DNA of 51,749 nt. Source: a virus (Duplodnaviria > Caudoviricetes). The notes below the pieces were generated by a model, which ran no database searches, was not told the DNA's origin, and was given only the letters and a program-made list of their open reading frames with translations. The DNA lies in IMG/VR virus record IMGVR_UViG_3300020183_006961, positions 1 to 51,749 of that record. One strand, 5' to 3'. The position numbers and the translations under genes were made by a program. Below are positions 27,462 through 36,938 of the stretch, in pieces (positions within the stretch are counted from its first letter, which is position 1; every line of letters begins with the position of its first letter).

Positions 27462-30011
27462 TTATTCTTGCTCTTGTTCTTTTTTAATTTCCGACAGTTT
27501 TGTGTATACTTTGTGATCTTGTATTGCTATTAGATCTGCGAAAACAGCATCTTCCATTTTCGTACCAGTTATTATAACGATGTTTTTGGCTTTTGGCAAG
27601 CCATTATTTAGACTCTTGCACTCTTCCAGTTTATCATTAAAAATTAAACAATCAACTGAGCCAAATTCATCAATAACTTTCATTTTGCAATATTTTGTTT
27701 TTTTAGCTTTTGAAACGCCAGTATAAGAGTCTTCTTCGAGAAAGCCAACCATCGAGACTTTTCGGCCTTTAGGAGAGGATATTATTGTTTGAGAATTCAT
27801 CAATCCGCTCTTGTATTCAGAAAAAATATCAATAAGCGTCTTTCCGTAAGTATATCCCAACAAGCTTTTTTCGTAAAACCAATTAGCAAAATTTTCATTA
27901 GTTTTATTTTTATTATAAATCTCTCTGTATAATTCGGTCTTTTTTCTAATTGTTTCTATGCGAGATTCTTTTATAATTAGCTGCCCTTTTTCATTTTTTG
28001 TTTCTTTTAGTTTTTTAATAATTGCAACTAAATCATGGTCATTTTTTTCAGAAATTTTTATGCATTCTATTTTTTCTTTTTCGGTTAAAATATTCCAGAG
28101 TTGAGCTTCGTAAACAATCTTTGTTCTGGACTGAGAAAAGCCTCCTAGCGCGCCAGCCTGAATTAAAGAGCAAAAGACTCCTATATTAATTCCCGCTTCG
28201 CTTGCCGCTTCAAAAATTTGGAACTTACCCGACTGGTCGGTTTTAAAATTTAATAGCTTGGCGAGTGACTTGTCCGAAATGCCTTTTATTGAAAGAAGGC
28301 CAAACCGTATATCATTGTCTTCAATAGAAAAATCAGATTTTGATTTAACCACATGCGGCGGCAATAATTTAATTCCAAAATGAAACATTTCTTTTTGAAT
28401 TTTGGATATTTCTCCAATCGGATCAGGCTCGTGACGAGACATTTTAAGTAAAGCTAGGAAAAATTCTTTAGGGTGTTTGAATTTTAAATAGACCGTACAC
28501 GCCGCAAGAGCAGCGTAGCTGAATGAGTGACTTGCATTGAAAGAGTAGTTCGCTGAGTCTTCCAAGATTTTCCAAAGCACATCTCCAATGTCGGAGCTTA
28601 ATTTATTTTCAGCAACTTTATCTGAAATTTTTTGTTTCCATTTCTTTACTTCGTCAATTTTCTTTTTGCCGACAATCCGACGAAGAATTTCGGCTTCGTC
28701 AAGGGTGAAGCCTATTTTGTGCGCCATTTGCATCATCTGCTCTTGGTAAAGGCATACTCCACCTGTTTTAGCAAGAATACTGTCGAAAAATGGATGAACT
28801 GAATCATACGAATTGTGATTGCTATAAAGTTCATATTTGTCTACGAATTGTAATGCTCCTGGTCTTGCAAGAGCAAGAACCGCGCTAAGTTGTTCTAGAT
28901 TTTTAGGCTTTACTTTATTGCAAACTTTGAAATTTGTATCCGCTTCAATTTGGAAAAGTCCATGAGGGGTTTTCAAATTTTGCAGATTTTGATAAATTAT
29001 TGGGTCGTTGAAATCAATATCTTCAACTTTTTTATTTATCATTTTGCACACATCGTGGACAACAGAAACGCCTCTTAATCCTAAGATATCCAGTTTAACA
29101 TTGAGTAAAGAAACCCAGTTCATGTCAAAAGAAGAAACTTGCTCTTTATCCGAAGTTAATTCTGTAGGGCAGCTTTTTTCAAGTTCGTCGTGAGAGAGTA
29201 GTATGCCTGAAGCGTGAACGCTTTTATTTTTTATCAAGTCCTTTAACTTCAATGAAATTTCATATACTCTTCTATTGTTATCGCACCAGGTGCGGAATTT
29301 TTCCTCTTGTTCGTAGGTTTCTTCAAGATCTTTAACTTGACCAAAAATTTTAGGTATGTAAGAAGTCACTTGAGTCATTTCTTCTTCCGATTTTGACTCG
29401 ACTATTTTACCGCACTCTTTAACAACAAGTTTACCGCTCAAAGAATTTAAGGTTAAAATCTTTGCGGTCTTGCCTTTAAATTTATTTTCAAGATAATCTA
29501 GAACTTCACGGCGGCGGTAATAGCATATATCAAGGTCAACATCAACCATCAAAGACCCGTCAAGATAAGTTGTTCCATTTACAATTTGTTTTTTAGCTCT
29601 TGTTTTGGAAATGAATCTTTCAAAGTAAAGACCGTATTTTATAGGATCAATTTTAGTTACACCGCAAAGATATAAAGTTAATGACCCTGCTGCGCTTCCG
29701 CGCCCAAGTCCAGTTGGGATTTTTTCTCTATTGCAAAAGTTGATTACGTCCCATACAAGAAGAATATAATCAGTAAACCCTAAATCTTTTATGATTTCAA
29801 GCTCGTAATCTAATCTTTTCAAATAGTCTTTATTGTCTTGTAAATTTTTTGATTTTAGACCAGCTTCGGATAAAATTCTTAAAAAGGCAAAATTATCACA
29901 AGACTCGCTAGCTTTTACTAGTCTTTTTTCTTCATTTGAAATCTCGAAATGCGGGAGTCTGACCCCGTGAAGGGGAAGTTCTATTTCTTTGAAATTTGCA
30001 GAAAAATTCAT
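27462..30011 (-). CDS. dnaE: DNA polymerase III alpha (DnaE family) core lacking most of the PHP domain
   Basis: 'RLDYEL.II..GF.DYIL', 'GRGSAAGS', 'DP.KYGLYFERF', catalytic 'VDVDLD', 'HASG', 'KLDILGL', 'YQEQ', 'YSFNASHS..YA', HhH 'FGLLSIKGI' and a C-terminal OB fold. Start at 30011 (ATGA overlap). Confidence 0.95.
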   Translation of the reverse strand: MNFSANFKEIELPLHGVRLPHFEISNEEKRLVKASESCDNFAFLRILSEAGLKSKNLQDNKDYLKRLDYELEIIKDLGFTDYILLVWDVINFCNREKIPTGLGRGSAAGSLTLYLCGVTKIDPIKYGLYFERFISKTRAKKQIVNGTTYLDGSLMVDVDLDICYYRRREVLDYLENKFKGKTAKILTLNSLSGKLVVKECGKIVESKSEEEMTQVTSYIPKIFGQVKDLEETYEQEEKFRTWCDNNRRVYEISLKLKDLIKNKSVHASGILLSHDELEKSCPTELTSDKEQVSSFDMNWVSLLNVKLDILGLRGVSVVHDVCKMINKKVEDIDFNDPIIYQNLQNLKTPHGLFQIEADTNFKVCNKVKPKNLEQLSAVLALARPGALQFVDKYELYSNHNSYDSVHPFFDSILAKTGGVCLYQEQMMQMAHKIGFTLDEAEILRRIVGKKKIDEVKKWKQKISDKVAENKLSSDIGDVLWKILEDSANYSFNASHSFSYAALAACTVYLKFKHPKEFFLALLKMSRHEPDPIGEISKIQKEMFHFGIKLLPPHVVKSKSDFSIEDNDIRFGLLSIKGISDKSLAKLLNFKTDQSGKFQIFEAASEAGINIGVFCSLIQAGALGGFSQSRTKIVYEAQLWNILTEKEKIECIKISEKNDHDLVAIIKKLKETKNEKGQLIIKESRIETIRKKTELYREIYNKNKTNENFANWFYEKSLLGYTYGKTLIDIFSEYKSGLMNSQTIISSPKGRKVSMVGFLEEDSYTGVSKAKKTKYCKMKVIDEFGSVDCLIFNDKLEECKSLNNGLPKAKNIVIITGTKMEDAVFADLIAIQDHKVYTKLSEIKKEQEQE

Positions 30012-30646
30012 ATTTCGACTTGCCATTTTAGCTTGTTCCATACTTTAAAATTAAGTTGTAAATCTACCAGAGCATCGTGAAGAGAATCGTAATCGTGTTC
30101 AATTCCAAAATCTTTTCCACAGGCCGATAGATTTGTTTTAATATTTTTTCTAATCTGACTCGACATTCTGTATTGGTACTCTGTTAAATTGTCTGATGGA
30201 CGATAAGGCATTTCAAATTTTATGCCTTTAATTAGACTTAGCGTGTCGAGTATTTTACTTGTGATATGACGATAATCTTTGCCCATTAAATTGTACCAGC
30301 CTTTGATAAGATAAATATCAAAACCGAGAAGGTTATGACCAATAAGATGATCGCAGTTTTCAATCCAGTCAAAAACTGTAGGGAAAACATCTTCCGGAGG
30401 CAAGCCTTTTTCATCCATTGTTAGTTGACTAAAACGAGTTATTCTTGCGGCTTCTTGAGAAATTTTAAAGCCGTTCGGCCATTTTATATAAAAGTTTTTA
30501 CTGTCTAAAATTTCATTACCTTTCGCTTTCAACATCGCAACTTGCCAAGGCAAATTGTTATTAAAATTCAAGCAGAGATTGCTTGTTTCAAAGTCTATAA
30601 AGGTAAAGACTTTATTTTTATTAAACCTTAGTAGATGATCTTCCAT
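30008..30646 (-). CDS. DEDDh 3'-5' exonuclease (DnaQ/epsilon-like proofreader)
   Basis: ExoI 'IDFETS', ExoII 'GHNLLGFD', ExoIII 'HDALVD'. Confidence 0.9.
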   Translation of the reverse strand: MEDHLLRFNKNKVFTFIDFETSNLCLNFNNNLPWQVAMLKAKGNEILDSKNFYIKWPNGFKISQEAARITRFSQLTMDEKGLPPEDVFPTVFDWIENCDHLIGHNLLGFDIYLIKGWYNLMGKDYRHITSKILDTLSLIKGIKFEMPYRPSDNLTEYQYRMSSQIRKNIKTNLSACGKDFGIEHDYDSLHDALVDLQLNFKVWNKLKWQVEI

Positions 30647-30648
30647 AT

Positions 30649-31398
30649 TTAAGAAAATAAAGATTCAGAGCAAAACTCATCACTTGTCATATGCTCTAAA
30701 TTTGGTTTCTCCAAAGAAGTTCTGTTGTCGATGCAGCGAAAAGTAAGGTATGCCAGAAAGTCTTTTTTAGATTTATAATAAATTGTTTTAGCATTAACCT
30801 TTTCGTATTTTTCCGAGCAAAATTCATCCACTCGATTTTTAATTAGAAAGTCAAATGGGATGTTATTTTCCTCGCAAAAGAACACGGGTTTGCAAAAACT
30901 AAAATCAGGAACACAAATTTTTCCTTTCAAAAAATTATTATGAATAAATGAATCGTAGAATGGAACTGCCATTTGTAAATCTTTATCGTCCCAGTGTTTT
31001 TTTAAAACATTACTATCGCAGCACGGTTCGTAATAGAAACCATCTTTGGCAGAGGTAGAGTATATATTAATTAACCTATTTATGCCTTCTGTGTTTTTTG
31101 CAATTACAATTATCTTATGCCGCTTGGTTAGTTCTTCGTCATTCTTTAAAAGGCAATTTGATGAGCAGTTTAATCTTAGACCATAGATTAATTTAATCTT
31201 TTCTTCTTTAGCATTCTTATAAGCTTGCAAAAAGCCTGAGAAAGAATCTTCTATAAGAAAAAATTCTTTTTGTTCTTTTTCCTTGAGAATATCAAAAATT
31301 GAATCTGAAAGATGAGGTTTTCCCTCTCCAGATTTTTCCAAAGTCAAAATAGATTTACCTATCGAAAAATGACTTTTCCAGAGCCCCGTTCTTTTCAT
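30649..31398 (-). CDS. Stand-alone PHP domain of DnaE (degenerate metal ligands)
   Basis: 'KSHFSIGKSIL' (compare HSxYSxLDG), 'GFLQAY', 'IKLIYGL', 'IIVIAKNTEG..LI.I.S....GFYYEP'. Confidence 0.8.
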   Translation of the reverse strand: MKRTGLWKSHFSIGKSILTLEKSGEGKPHLSDSIFDILKEKEQKEFFLIEDSFSGFLQAYKNAKEEKIKLIYGLRLNCSSNCLLKNDEELTKRHKIIVIAKNTEGINRLINIYSTSAKDGFYYEPCCDSNVLKKHWDDKDLQMAVPFYDSFIHNNFLKGKICVPDFSFCKPVFFCEENNIPFDFLIKNRVDEFCSEKYEKVNAKTIYYKSKKDFLAYLTFRCIDNRTSLEKPNLEHMTSDEFCSESLFS

Positions 31399-31404
31399 AC
31401 TGAG

Positions 31405-31432
31405 AATATACCGTGTTTTTAATCAAAGTCAA
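31405..31432 (-). promoter_or_regulatory. Sigma70-like promoter TTGACT-16-TATATT, 6 nt before the ATG of the PHP gene
   Basis: Near-consensus hexamers fill the short intergenic gap. Confidence 0.65.
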
Positions 31433-31433
31433 G

Positions 31434-32399
31434 TCAAAAATCGTCAAAATTACAATTTTGCTGTGGTCTATTAATGTGCGCGGGGCATCCGTCATATTTA
31501 AGTTTTTTAACTGATTGGTTTTCTTTTGGAGAAAACTTGTTTTCAAAACTTGATTCTAAAATTTTTCCATCCGAATCAACGAGGTGATAATATTCTATTG
31601 GGTCAAGGTAGGGGCATCTCCATGTTTTACCTGCTTTACATAGCCATTTGGAGTCTTCTTTGTTTGCGGCAAAGTTTGCTTTTGCATCGTTTTCGGTAAA
31701 AGAATTTGCTTTTTTAAAAACGTAAGACAGATAATATTCAAACCCGGTTAGTTGATCTTTTGGTATTTCTATTTCCTGCACGGAGCTTTTGGGAAACCTT
31801 AAAAAAATAAATTGAGTTATAACTCTTTCTATGGCGGGAAGAATTTTTTTAAACGCAGCAAGAGAATAGGTCATTGCTTGAAAATTAGCGGTGAGTTCTT
31901 CTCCTTTAAATTTAGACTTGCTGCTTTTATAGTCTATTATTTTAAATAAATTTTGTTTTTCGTAAAAAGCATTTTTATCAATAAAACCTTTGATTTTGTA
32001 TTTAGGATCTTCATTTTCAATCAAAAACTCAAGCTCGGCTTCTCCTAGTTTGGATCCTTTGCAGTAAAAATCTTGATTCAAGCCAACCCAAACCATGTCG
32101 TTTATCATGGAAAGGTCTTCTTCTGTAAGATTTTTTTTCTTCCAATGTTTTATAATTAATCTTTTTACAGCGGGGCTTCCATCTATCCCGCCTCTTTTCA
32201 TTATTTTGGTAAAATGTTTTTTATGGCGGCTCTTTAATAAACATTCGAACACAAGATGGCATATTGTGCCTCTTGAAGCCCCAGAGTTTTCTTTCTGGGG
32301 TATTTTTAAATGGTAAGAACACCAATAGCTCCAAGAGCAGGTTTCTAAAGTTTTCGCTCTACTTGCAGAGAGTATTACTTCGTTTTTTGGTTTTTCCAT
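31434..32399 (-). CDS. PD-(D/E)XK nuclease, Cas4/AddB/RecB-like, with putative Fe-S cysteines
   Basis: 'LSAS....ETC', 'GTICH', 'GFIDK', 'IIDYKS', 'QAMTY', and C-terminal C..C..C. Confidence 0.85.
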   Translation of the reverse strand: MEKPKNEVILSASRAKTLETCSWSYWCSYHLKIPQKENSGASRGTICHLVFECLLKSRHKKHFTKIMKRGGIDGSPAVKRLIIKHWKKKNLTEEDLSMINDMVWVGLNQDFYCKGSKLGEAELEFLIENEDPKYKIKGFIDKNAFYEKQNLFKIIDYKSSKSKFKGEELTANFQAMTYSLAAFKKILPAIERVITQFIFLRFPKSSVQEIEIPKDQLTGFEYYLSYVFKKANSFTENDAKANFAANKEDSKWLCKAGKTWRCPYLDPIEYYHLVDSDGKILESSFENKFSPKENQSVKKLKYDGCPAHINRPQQNCNFDDF

Positions 32400-33286
32400 T
32401 GTAAAATTTCTTCCTTTGACATTTCTCCAAAATCTTTTTTACTTGGGAGTTTTATGCAAATTTGCTCTTCATCAAAATGATTTAAAAGCTTATGGCGCAT
32501 TTGGTGCGCTGCCTTATTACCGGCTTGATTGTTATCTATATCATTATTAAGACATATGTTTATTTTAGAAGCATCTATTTTAAGAAGGAATTTTATTAGA
32601 GAAATGGGCAAATCTAATCCAAAAGAGACTGCAGAATTTTTAATTCCAGCTTCCCAAAGTGATAGCATATCGCCTATGCTCTCCACGATAAATATTTCTT
32701 TAGATTCTATTATATATTTTTTATTAAAAAAAAGAGGATAGCACCAGTTGCTTTTTTTGCCTATAAGTTTCCATTTAGGCCGATTAGAATCTTCTGATGT
32801 TAAAATGTCTCTTCCGGCAAATCCTAAAATTTCTGACTTAGAATTAAAAATAGGAAAAACGTAACGATTGGACATTTTACCTGTGATTGCTAATCCGGAT
32901 TTAAAATATGCTAATGTCTCGGGCGAAACTCCTCGGTTTTGCCAATAGTCATAGACTGGATAAAGTTTATTGAGATATTCCGCAGGATAAACGAGAGGCT
33001 CTTTGATAAGCGGCGATTCTTTATCTACCGCTGAAGTTAAATTAATTTTACCAGAGAGCCATTTTTTAGTATGATCTAGGGAAGGCAAATTTAAAGTTAT
33101 TCTGACTAACTCATCAAATGAACCACCAATTCTTTCTTTGAAGTCATACCATCTGCCGGTAGATTTTTCTATGGACAAAACCCCGTTACTCCCAGATTCG
33201 CGGTATAGCGGTTTGGATCTGTAATGAGTTCCGCTTTCAATTAAAACGTATCCCATCTCCTCAAGAACCGCTCTGATGTTTTCCAT
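32375..33286 (-). CDS. dnaG: DnaG-like TOPRIM primase
   Basis: 'YWQNRG', 'NRYVFPI.N....GFAGR', 'PKW', TOPRIM 'IVESIGDMLSL' and 'NDID..AG', 'KDFGE'. Start reassigned to MENIRAVLE, just after the dnaB stop. Confidence 0.88.
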   Translation of the reverse strand: MENIRAVLEEMGYVLIESGTHYRSKPLYRESGSNGVLSIEKSTGRWYDFKERIGGSFDELVRITLNLPSLDHTKKWLSGKINLTSAVDKESPLIKEPLVYPAEYLNKLYPVYDYWQNRGVSPETLAYFKSGLAITGKMSNRYVFPIFNSKSEILGFAGRDILTSEDSNRPKWKLIGKKSNWCYPLFFNKKYIIESKEIFIVESIGDMLSLWEAGIKNSAVSFGLDLPISLIKFLLKIDASKINICLNNDIDNNQAGNKAAHQMRHKLLNHFDEEQICIKLPSKKDFGEMSKEEILQWKNQKTK

Positions 33287-33287
33287 G

Positions 33288-34781
33288 TTATATGAGATCT
33301 CCATCGCTGGTGTCGTTTGAATCTTTGATATCAACTTGAGCATTCTGGCGATCAATCGCATCTTGAACTGAGCCAAGTTCAGAAACCTCAAAGTTCTTAA
33401 TTAAAAAATTAAGGTAATTTTTGACAAATTTTTCAGAACCATCTGGGAATTTTCTTTTTATTAAATCAAAATGACCAGCCGCGTTTTCTCCTTGGAATCT
33501 AGTTTTTAGTGGAATGAGCTTGTGAGTGCCGGACTCTGTAGTATCTAAAGCTATTTCGTCTGTAGTTTTCCTTCTGAAAATGGCCATGAATGAAGTGAAC
33601 CACAAAAGTCTATCGGTAATAGAAATAGCCGACGCATCGTCTGTTACATTTTGAGAAGACCTGTTTGTATTTTCGCCGCTACGATTTAATTGAATTGCTG
33701 TTAATATTGGAGAGTTTAATTCTTCAGCTAGTTTTTTTATTTTATCAACTTTTTGACCAATCGCTTGGTACTCCGACCAGTTTTGTCCAACTTTTTCTCC
33801 GGTTAATTTTATATAGTCATAAACTATGATACATGGATTATCTCTTCCCACATTTGCGAGGTGCCACCTTCTTGTCAGGGAGCATATCTCATCAATATCT
33901 TTGTTGCCAACATGCAAGTGATCGTATTGCATTTGCCTTATGGCTGGATACGAATCTCTAATTTTTTTGACATACGCTTCTGATCTTCGCCACTTTCCGG
34001 TTTCAATGAAATGAAGCGGAACGCCAGAAACTGAAGACATCATCCTGAATTGCATCTCTTCCCGGCTCATTTCCGTATCCAAAATCAAAGCTTTCAAATT
34101 ATTTTTCTTAGCGGTTTTCATTGCTAAATCGTTAAGAAAAGTGGTTTTACCTTCTCCAGGCCGAGAAGCGATAGCGTATATATTTTTTGATCTAAGCCCG
34201 CCGTAGAGTCTGTTAAACTCTACGTAAGGAGTAAGAAATCCCGGGTCGTCGGTAATGTTTTCTCCGCGTTCTTCAACTAAAACGTCTAGACCGTCGAAAA
34301 GATTCTTGGGTTGCTCGTGAACGCTATAGGAATTTATTTTTTCTCCGTATATTTTATCGACTTCATTTAAAACTTCCTGTATTGGCTGATCTGCGCTTTG
34401 GAGAACTTTTGTTTTTATTTTACCAGAAGTTTCTACGATTTCTCTCCGGATTCTTAATGAGACAAGGTGCTTTGCCGCCTCAATAACTGCTTCTTTTGCT
34501 ATTTGAGTAAAAGCTACGCTCTCGATGTAATCGTAGATTGAAATTTCATCCTTGAAAGAAATTCCAAGAGCTTGAATTTTCTCGCAAAGAATAACCTTAT
34601 CAATCTTATCGTTTTTATTTAATTTTTCTTTTAGGCAAAGAAAAATAACAGAGTGGACTTTGTTACAAAAGTCACTTTCAGATAGAAAGTTATCAAGCTC
34701 AGCAAATATTTCTGGGTGATTTAATATCCCACCGAGCACATGCTTCTCGACTCTTAAAGAAAAGAGTTCTTTAGTTTCCAT
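33288..34781 (-). CDS. dnaB: Replicative DNA helicase, DnaB family
   Basis: N-terminal 'EKHVLGGIL..DF...H..IF'; Walker A 'ASRPGEGKT'; 'TEMS'; Walker B 'IVYDY'; 'QLNR'; 'KTR'. Confidence 0.95.
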   Translation of the reverse strand: METKELFSLRVEKHVLGGILNHPEIFAELDNFLSESDFCNKVHSVIFLCLKEKLNKNDKIDKVILCEKIQALGISFKDEISIYDYIESVAFTQIAKEAVIEAAKHLVSLRIRREIVETSGKIKTKVLQSADQPIQEVLNEVDKIYGEKINSYSVHEQPKNLFDGLDVLVEERGENITDDPGFLTPYVEFNRLYGGLRSKNIYAIASRPGEGKTTFLNDLAMKTAKKNNLKALILDTEMSREEMQFRMMSSVSGVPLHFIETGKWRRSEAYVKKIRDSYPAIRQMQYDHLHVGNKDIDEICSLTRRWHLANVGRDNPCIIVYDYIKLTGEKVGQNWSEYQAIGQKVDKIKKLAEELNSPILTAIQLNRSGENTNRSSQNVTDDASAISITDRLLWFTSFMAIFRRKTTDEIALDTTESGTHKLIPLKTRFQGENAAGHFDLIKRKFPDGSEKFVKNYLNFLIKNFEVSELGSVQDAIDRQNAQVDIKDSNDTSDGDLI

Positions 34782-34787
34782 GAGATG

Positions 34788-34816
34788 ATTTTGCAGTCTT
34801 TGCTATGGTTGGTCAA
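34788..34816 (-). promoter_or_regulatory. Sigma70-like promoter TTGACC-17-CAAAAT, 6 nt before the dnaB ATG
   Basis: Hexamers and spacing read directly. Confidence 0.55.
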
Positions 34817-35082
34817 ATTTTAAAACCAGGATCTTCTGGTCCCCGCTCGTCATCGTCTAAGTCGAGGGTTTTTGACATTGTTTCTATTTGCGTTTTTTCA
34901 AGAGCTTTCATCGTCATCGTTAGGTTTCTTTCCATAGCTTGGGCGTGGATTTTGCTATCAAACATGCCAAATGTTTGAAACTCGCCATCTTCGTTAAAAT
35001 TAAAAAGAAGAAACCCTCCAAAAGAGCATTCGTTTATTTGTTCGAGCAACTCTCTCGGAAACTTAAATTTCTTTTTTGCCAT
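34813..35082 (-). CDS. Small hypothetical protein (about 89 aa)
   Basis: Fills the gap between genes in the same orientation; probable start MAKKKF, preceded by GTG-TATTAT-6 nt. Confidence 0.7.
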   Translation of the reverse strand: MAKKKFKFPRELLEQINECSFGGFLLFNFNEDGEFQTFGMFDSKIHAQAMERNLTMTMKALEKTQIETMSKTLDLDDDERGPEDPGFKI

Positions 35083-35098
35083 CATATTATAATACACA

Positions 35099-35515
35099 TT
35101 ACAAATCGATATTGTATTTTTTTATAAACAAATCTGTAGAAATTTTATCGACCTCTTCTTCGTTTATTTCTATTAAGGTAAACCCATTATCTTCCAACCA
35201 TTTGGCTTTTGCCGAGTCTCTTTTTATAGATTCTAAGTATTTTAACCTAGAGTCATTATGAAAAAAAGAATTAAATTTGTCATGTTGTTTTCCATTAACC
35301 TCCACTGCTATTTTCTTGGTGGCATTTAATATGTCCACCTTCATTCTTGAGCCGTAAACCGGAAACTCTTCGTAGACTATATTATTTATCCAAAACTGCT
35401 TTAAAAATTGCTTTACTTGAAATTGAACTTTTGATCTTGAAGGCTTTTCCCATTGAATTCTTTGCTTGGAAACATTACGAAATATTAATTTACCATTTAT
35501 ATTGTAAAGTCTCAT
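35099..35515 (-). CDS. DUF559/Vsr-like endonuclease
   Basis: 'EEFPV...KVDIL...AVEVNGKQH....RD..K..WL..NG..LIEI'. Confidence 0.8.
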   Translation of the reverse strand: MRLYNINGKLIFRNVSKQRIQWEKPSRSKVQFQVKQFLKQFWINNIVYEEFPVYGSRMKVDILNATKKIAVEVNGKQHDKFNSFFHNDSRLKYLESIKRDSAKAKWLEDNGFTLIEINEEEVDKISTDLFIKKYNIDL

Positions 35516-36591
35516 TTTTTAAGTGCCGCTTTAAATTTATTAAAAAAGAATTTGCACAAGTCAGGATTAGACTCTAAATACATTCTAAAGTTATCCATTC
35601 CTTGATGCTGCTTTTCAATTTTAAGCCCTGCAGATTCTACTTCAGAAATAACTTCGTCAGACACGGTAACCCATGCGCCCTTAGCGGAAACCATCTCAAA
35701 CATTAGCAAAGAATCGATAACCTCATATTCAATCCATATGCTTTGACCGTTTTTACGCCCATATTTAATTGGATATTTAACTTCAATACCGGTTTTTTCA
35801 TTGGGAGTTTTTCTAAAAATAATTTTGCACCAATGCCCTACGGGTTTGTCATCTTTATCTTTGATAATATCTTTTTGGTATCTCTGTTGAAATTCAAGAA
35901 TCCAATCGCTGTAATGTAGAGCCGCATTGCCGCCCGAAGCGTTTGTGACTTTTGGATCTCCTTTTTCATAAGGATTAATTTTTATAGTTGACCTTACCTG
36001 AGAGATAATGAAGCATATGTGGCCACGGCTAGAAAAACCCGCCGCCATCTTTCTCAAAAGGTCAGAAGTTAATAGCGCGGAACCTGCGGTTTTGTTTGCT
36101 TCTGTCGCTGATTTTAATAAATCATTTCTAGGCACTAATGCGTCCAAAGAATCTAGCACGAAAAAATACAGTTTCTTTTCTTGGTTATCTCGAATCAAAT
36201 TTCTCATCAAGTCTATAACAAACTCATAGTCATTGGTGGGTATTATTTTAAATCTGGAATCGTCTGTAGAAACGCCAGATCTTTCAATGAGGTCTTTGCT
36301 TAGTCTTCCTTCTGACTTTATGTAAATTACTTGCCCATCGTTTGGATGGGTTTCTTGAAAGTTTTTAGCAAAAGCGAGAGCGTTGGAGGTTTTTCCTCCC
36401 TCTGTTACTCCAGAAGAGCGAATGATTCCGGGTCGAATTCCGCCGCCCATCTCAATATCCATGATTAAACTACCGCTGCTTACAACATAATCAATCTCTT
36501 CTTCTCCAGCGTAATGATAATCAGAGTTCTTTTTAAGATACTCTTCGAGTTGAGAGTTCACGGAACTGTTTGATTTTGGTGGTCTTCCCAT
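35512..36591 (-). CDS. recA: RecA-family recombinase
   Basis: 'SSGSL..D..MGGG', Walker A 'GVTEGGKT', Walker B 'VLDSLDAL', 'ISQVR', 'SGGNA..HYS'. Confidence 0.92.
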   Translation of the reverse strand: MGRPPKSNSSVNSQLEEYLKKNSDYHYAGEEEIDYVVSSGSLIMDIEMGGGIRPGIIRSSGVTEGGKTSNALAFAKNFQETHPNDGQVIYIKSEGRLSKDLIERSGVSTDDSRFKIIPTNDYEFVIDLMRNLIRDNQEKKLYFFVLDSLDALVPRNDLLKSATEANKTAGSALLTSDLLRKMAAGFSSRGHICFIISQVRSTIKINPYEKGDPKVTNASGGNAALHYSDWILEFQQRYQKDIIKDKDDKPVGHWCKIIFRKTPNEKTGIEVKYPIKYGRKNGQSIWIEYEVIDSLLMFEMVSAKGAWVTVSDEVISEVESAGLKIEKQHQGMDNFRMYLESNPDLCKFFFNKFKAALKK

Positions 36592-36592
36592 A

Positions 36593-36928
36593 TTATTTTA
36601 TAAAATCTTTTATTGTTTGGGGCTTCTTTTTAAGGTGGAGAGATTCTCCGAAAGATTTGTCTGACAGAATGACGGATTGAGGCGTGGGTAAATTTAATTT
36701 AAGTTCGCGCTCATATTTGGCAACAAATGCTTTTCCTTCTGAAGACAAGAACCAGGCTAGTGAGTTTAGTTTAAAATCCAGCTGAATTTTAATATAAATT
36801 TGTAAATTTTTTTCAATGAGGGTTTTTGCTATTTTAACTTCCCTGGCCCAATCTGGCTTCGAGAGCTTTTTGTAGTCCACAAATTTTACTACTAAAAATT
36901 TTGGATTTTTAGATTTAGCCTTCTTCAT
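36593..36928 (-). CDS. Basic hypothetical protein (about 111 aa)
   Basis: Abuts recA. The listed TTG start coincides with a -35 box, so the ATG at 36928 is preferred. Confidence 0.7.
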   Translation of the reverse strand: MKKAKSKNPKFLVVKFVDYKKLSKPDWAREVKIAKTLIEKNLQIYIKIQLDFKLNSLAWFLSSEGKAFVAKYERELKLNLPTPQSVILSDKSFGESLHLKKKPQTIKDFIK

Positions 36929-36938
36929 CAGTAAGCAT

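Noticed and set aside
30000-30660. Programmed frameshifts fusing PHP, exonuclease and polymerase
   Set aside because: The junctions are an ordinary ATGA overlap and a 2-bp gap, each gene has its own ATG, and no clear slippery site with a downstream structure was seen. Not formally excluded.
31434-32399. Cas4-like gene as evidence of a CRISPR-Cas locus
   Set aside because: No cas1/cas2, effector or array in the window; the context is replication.
27462-36591. Inteins or introns in dnaE, dnaB and recA
   Set aside because: Lengths are normal or short, conserved motifs are contiguous, and no C...HN-C/S/T splice or LAGLIDADG motifs were seen.
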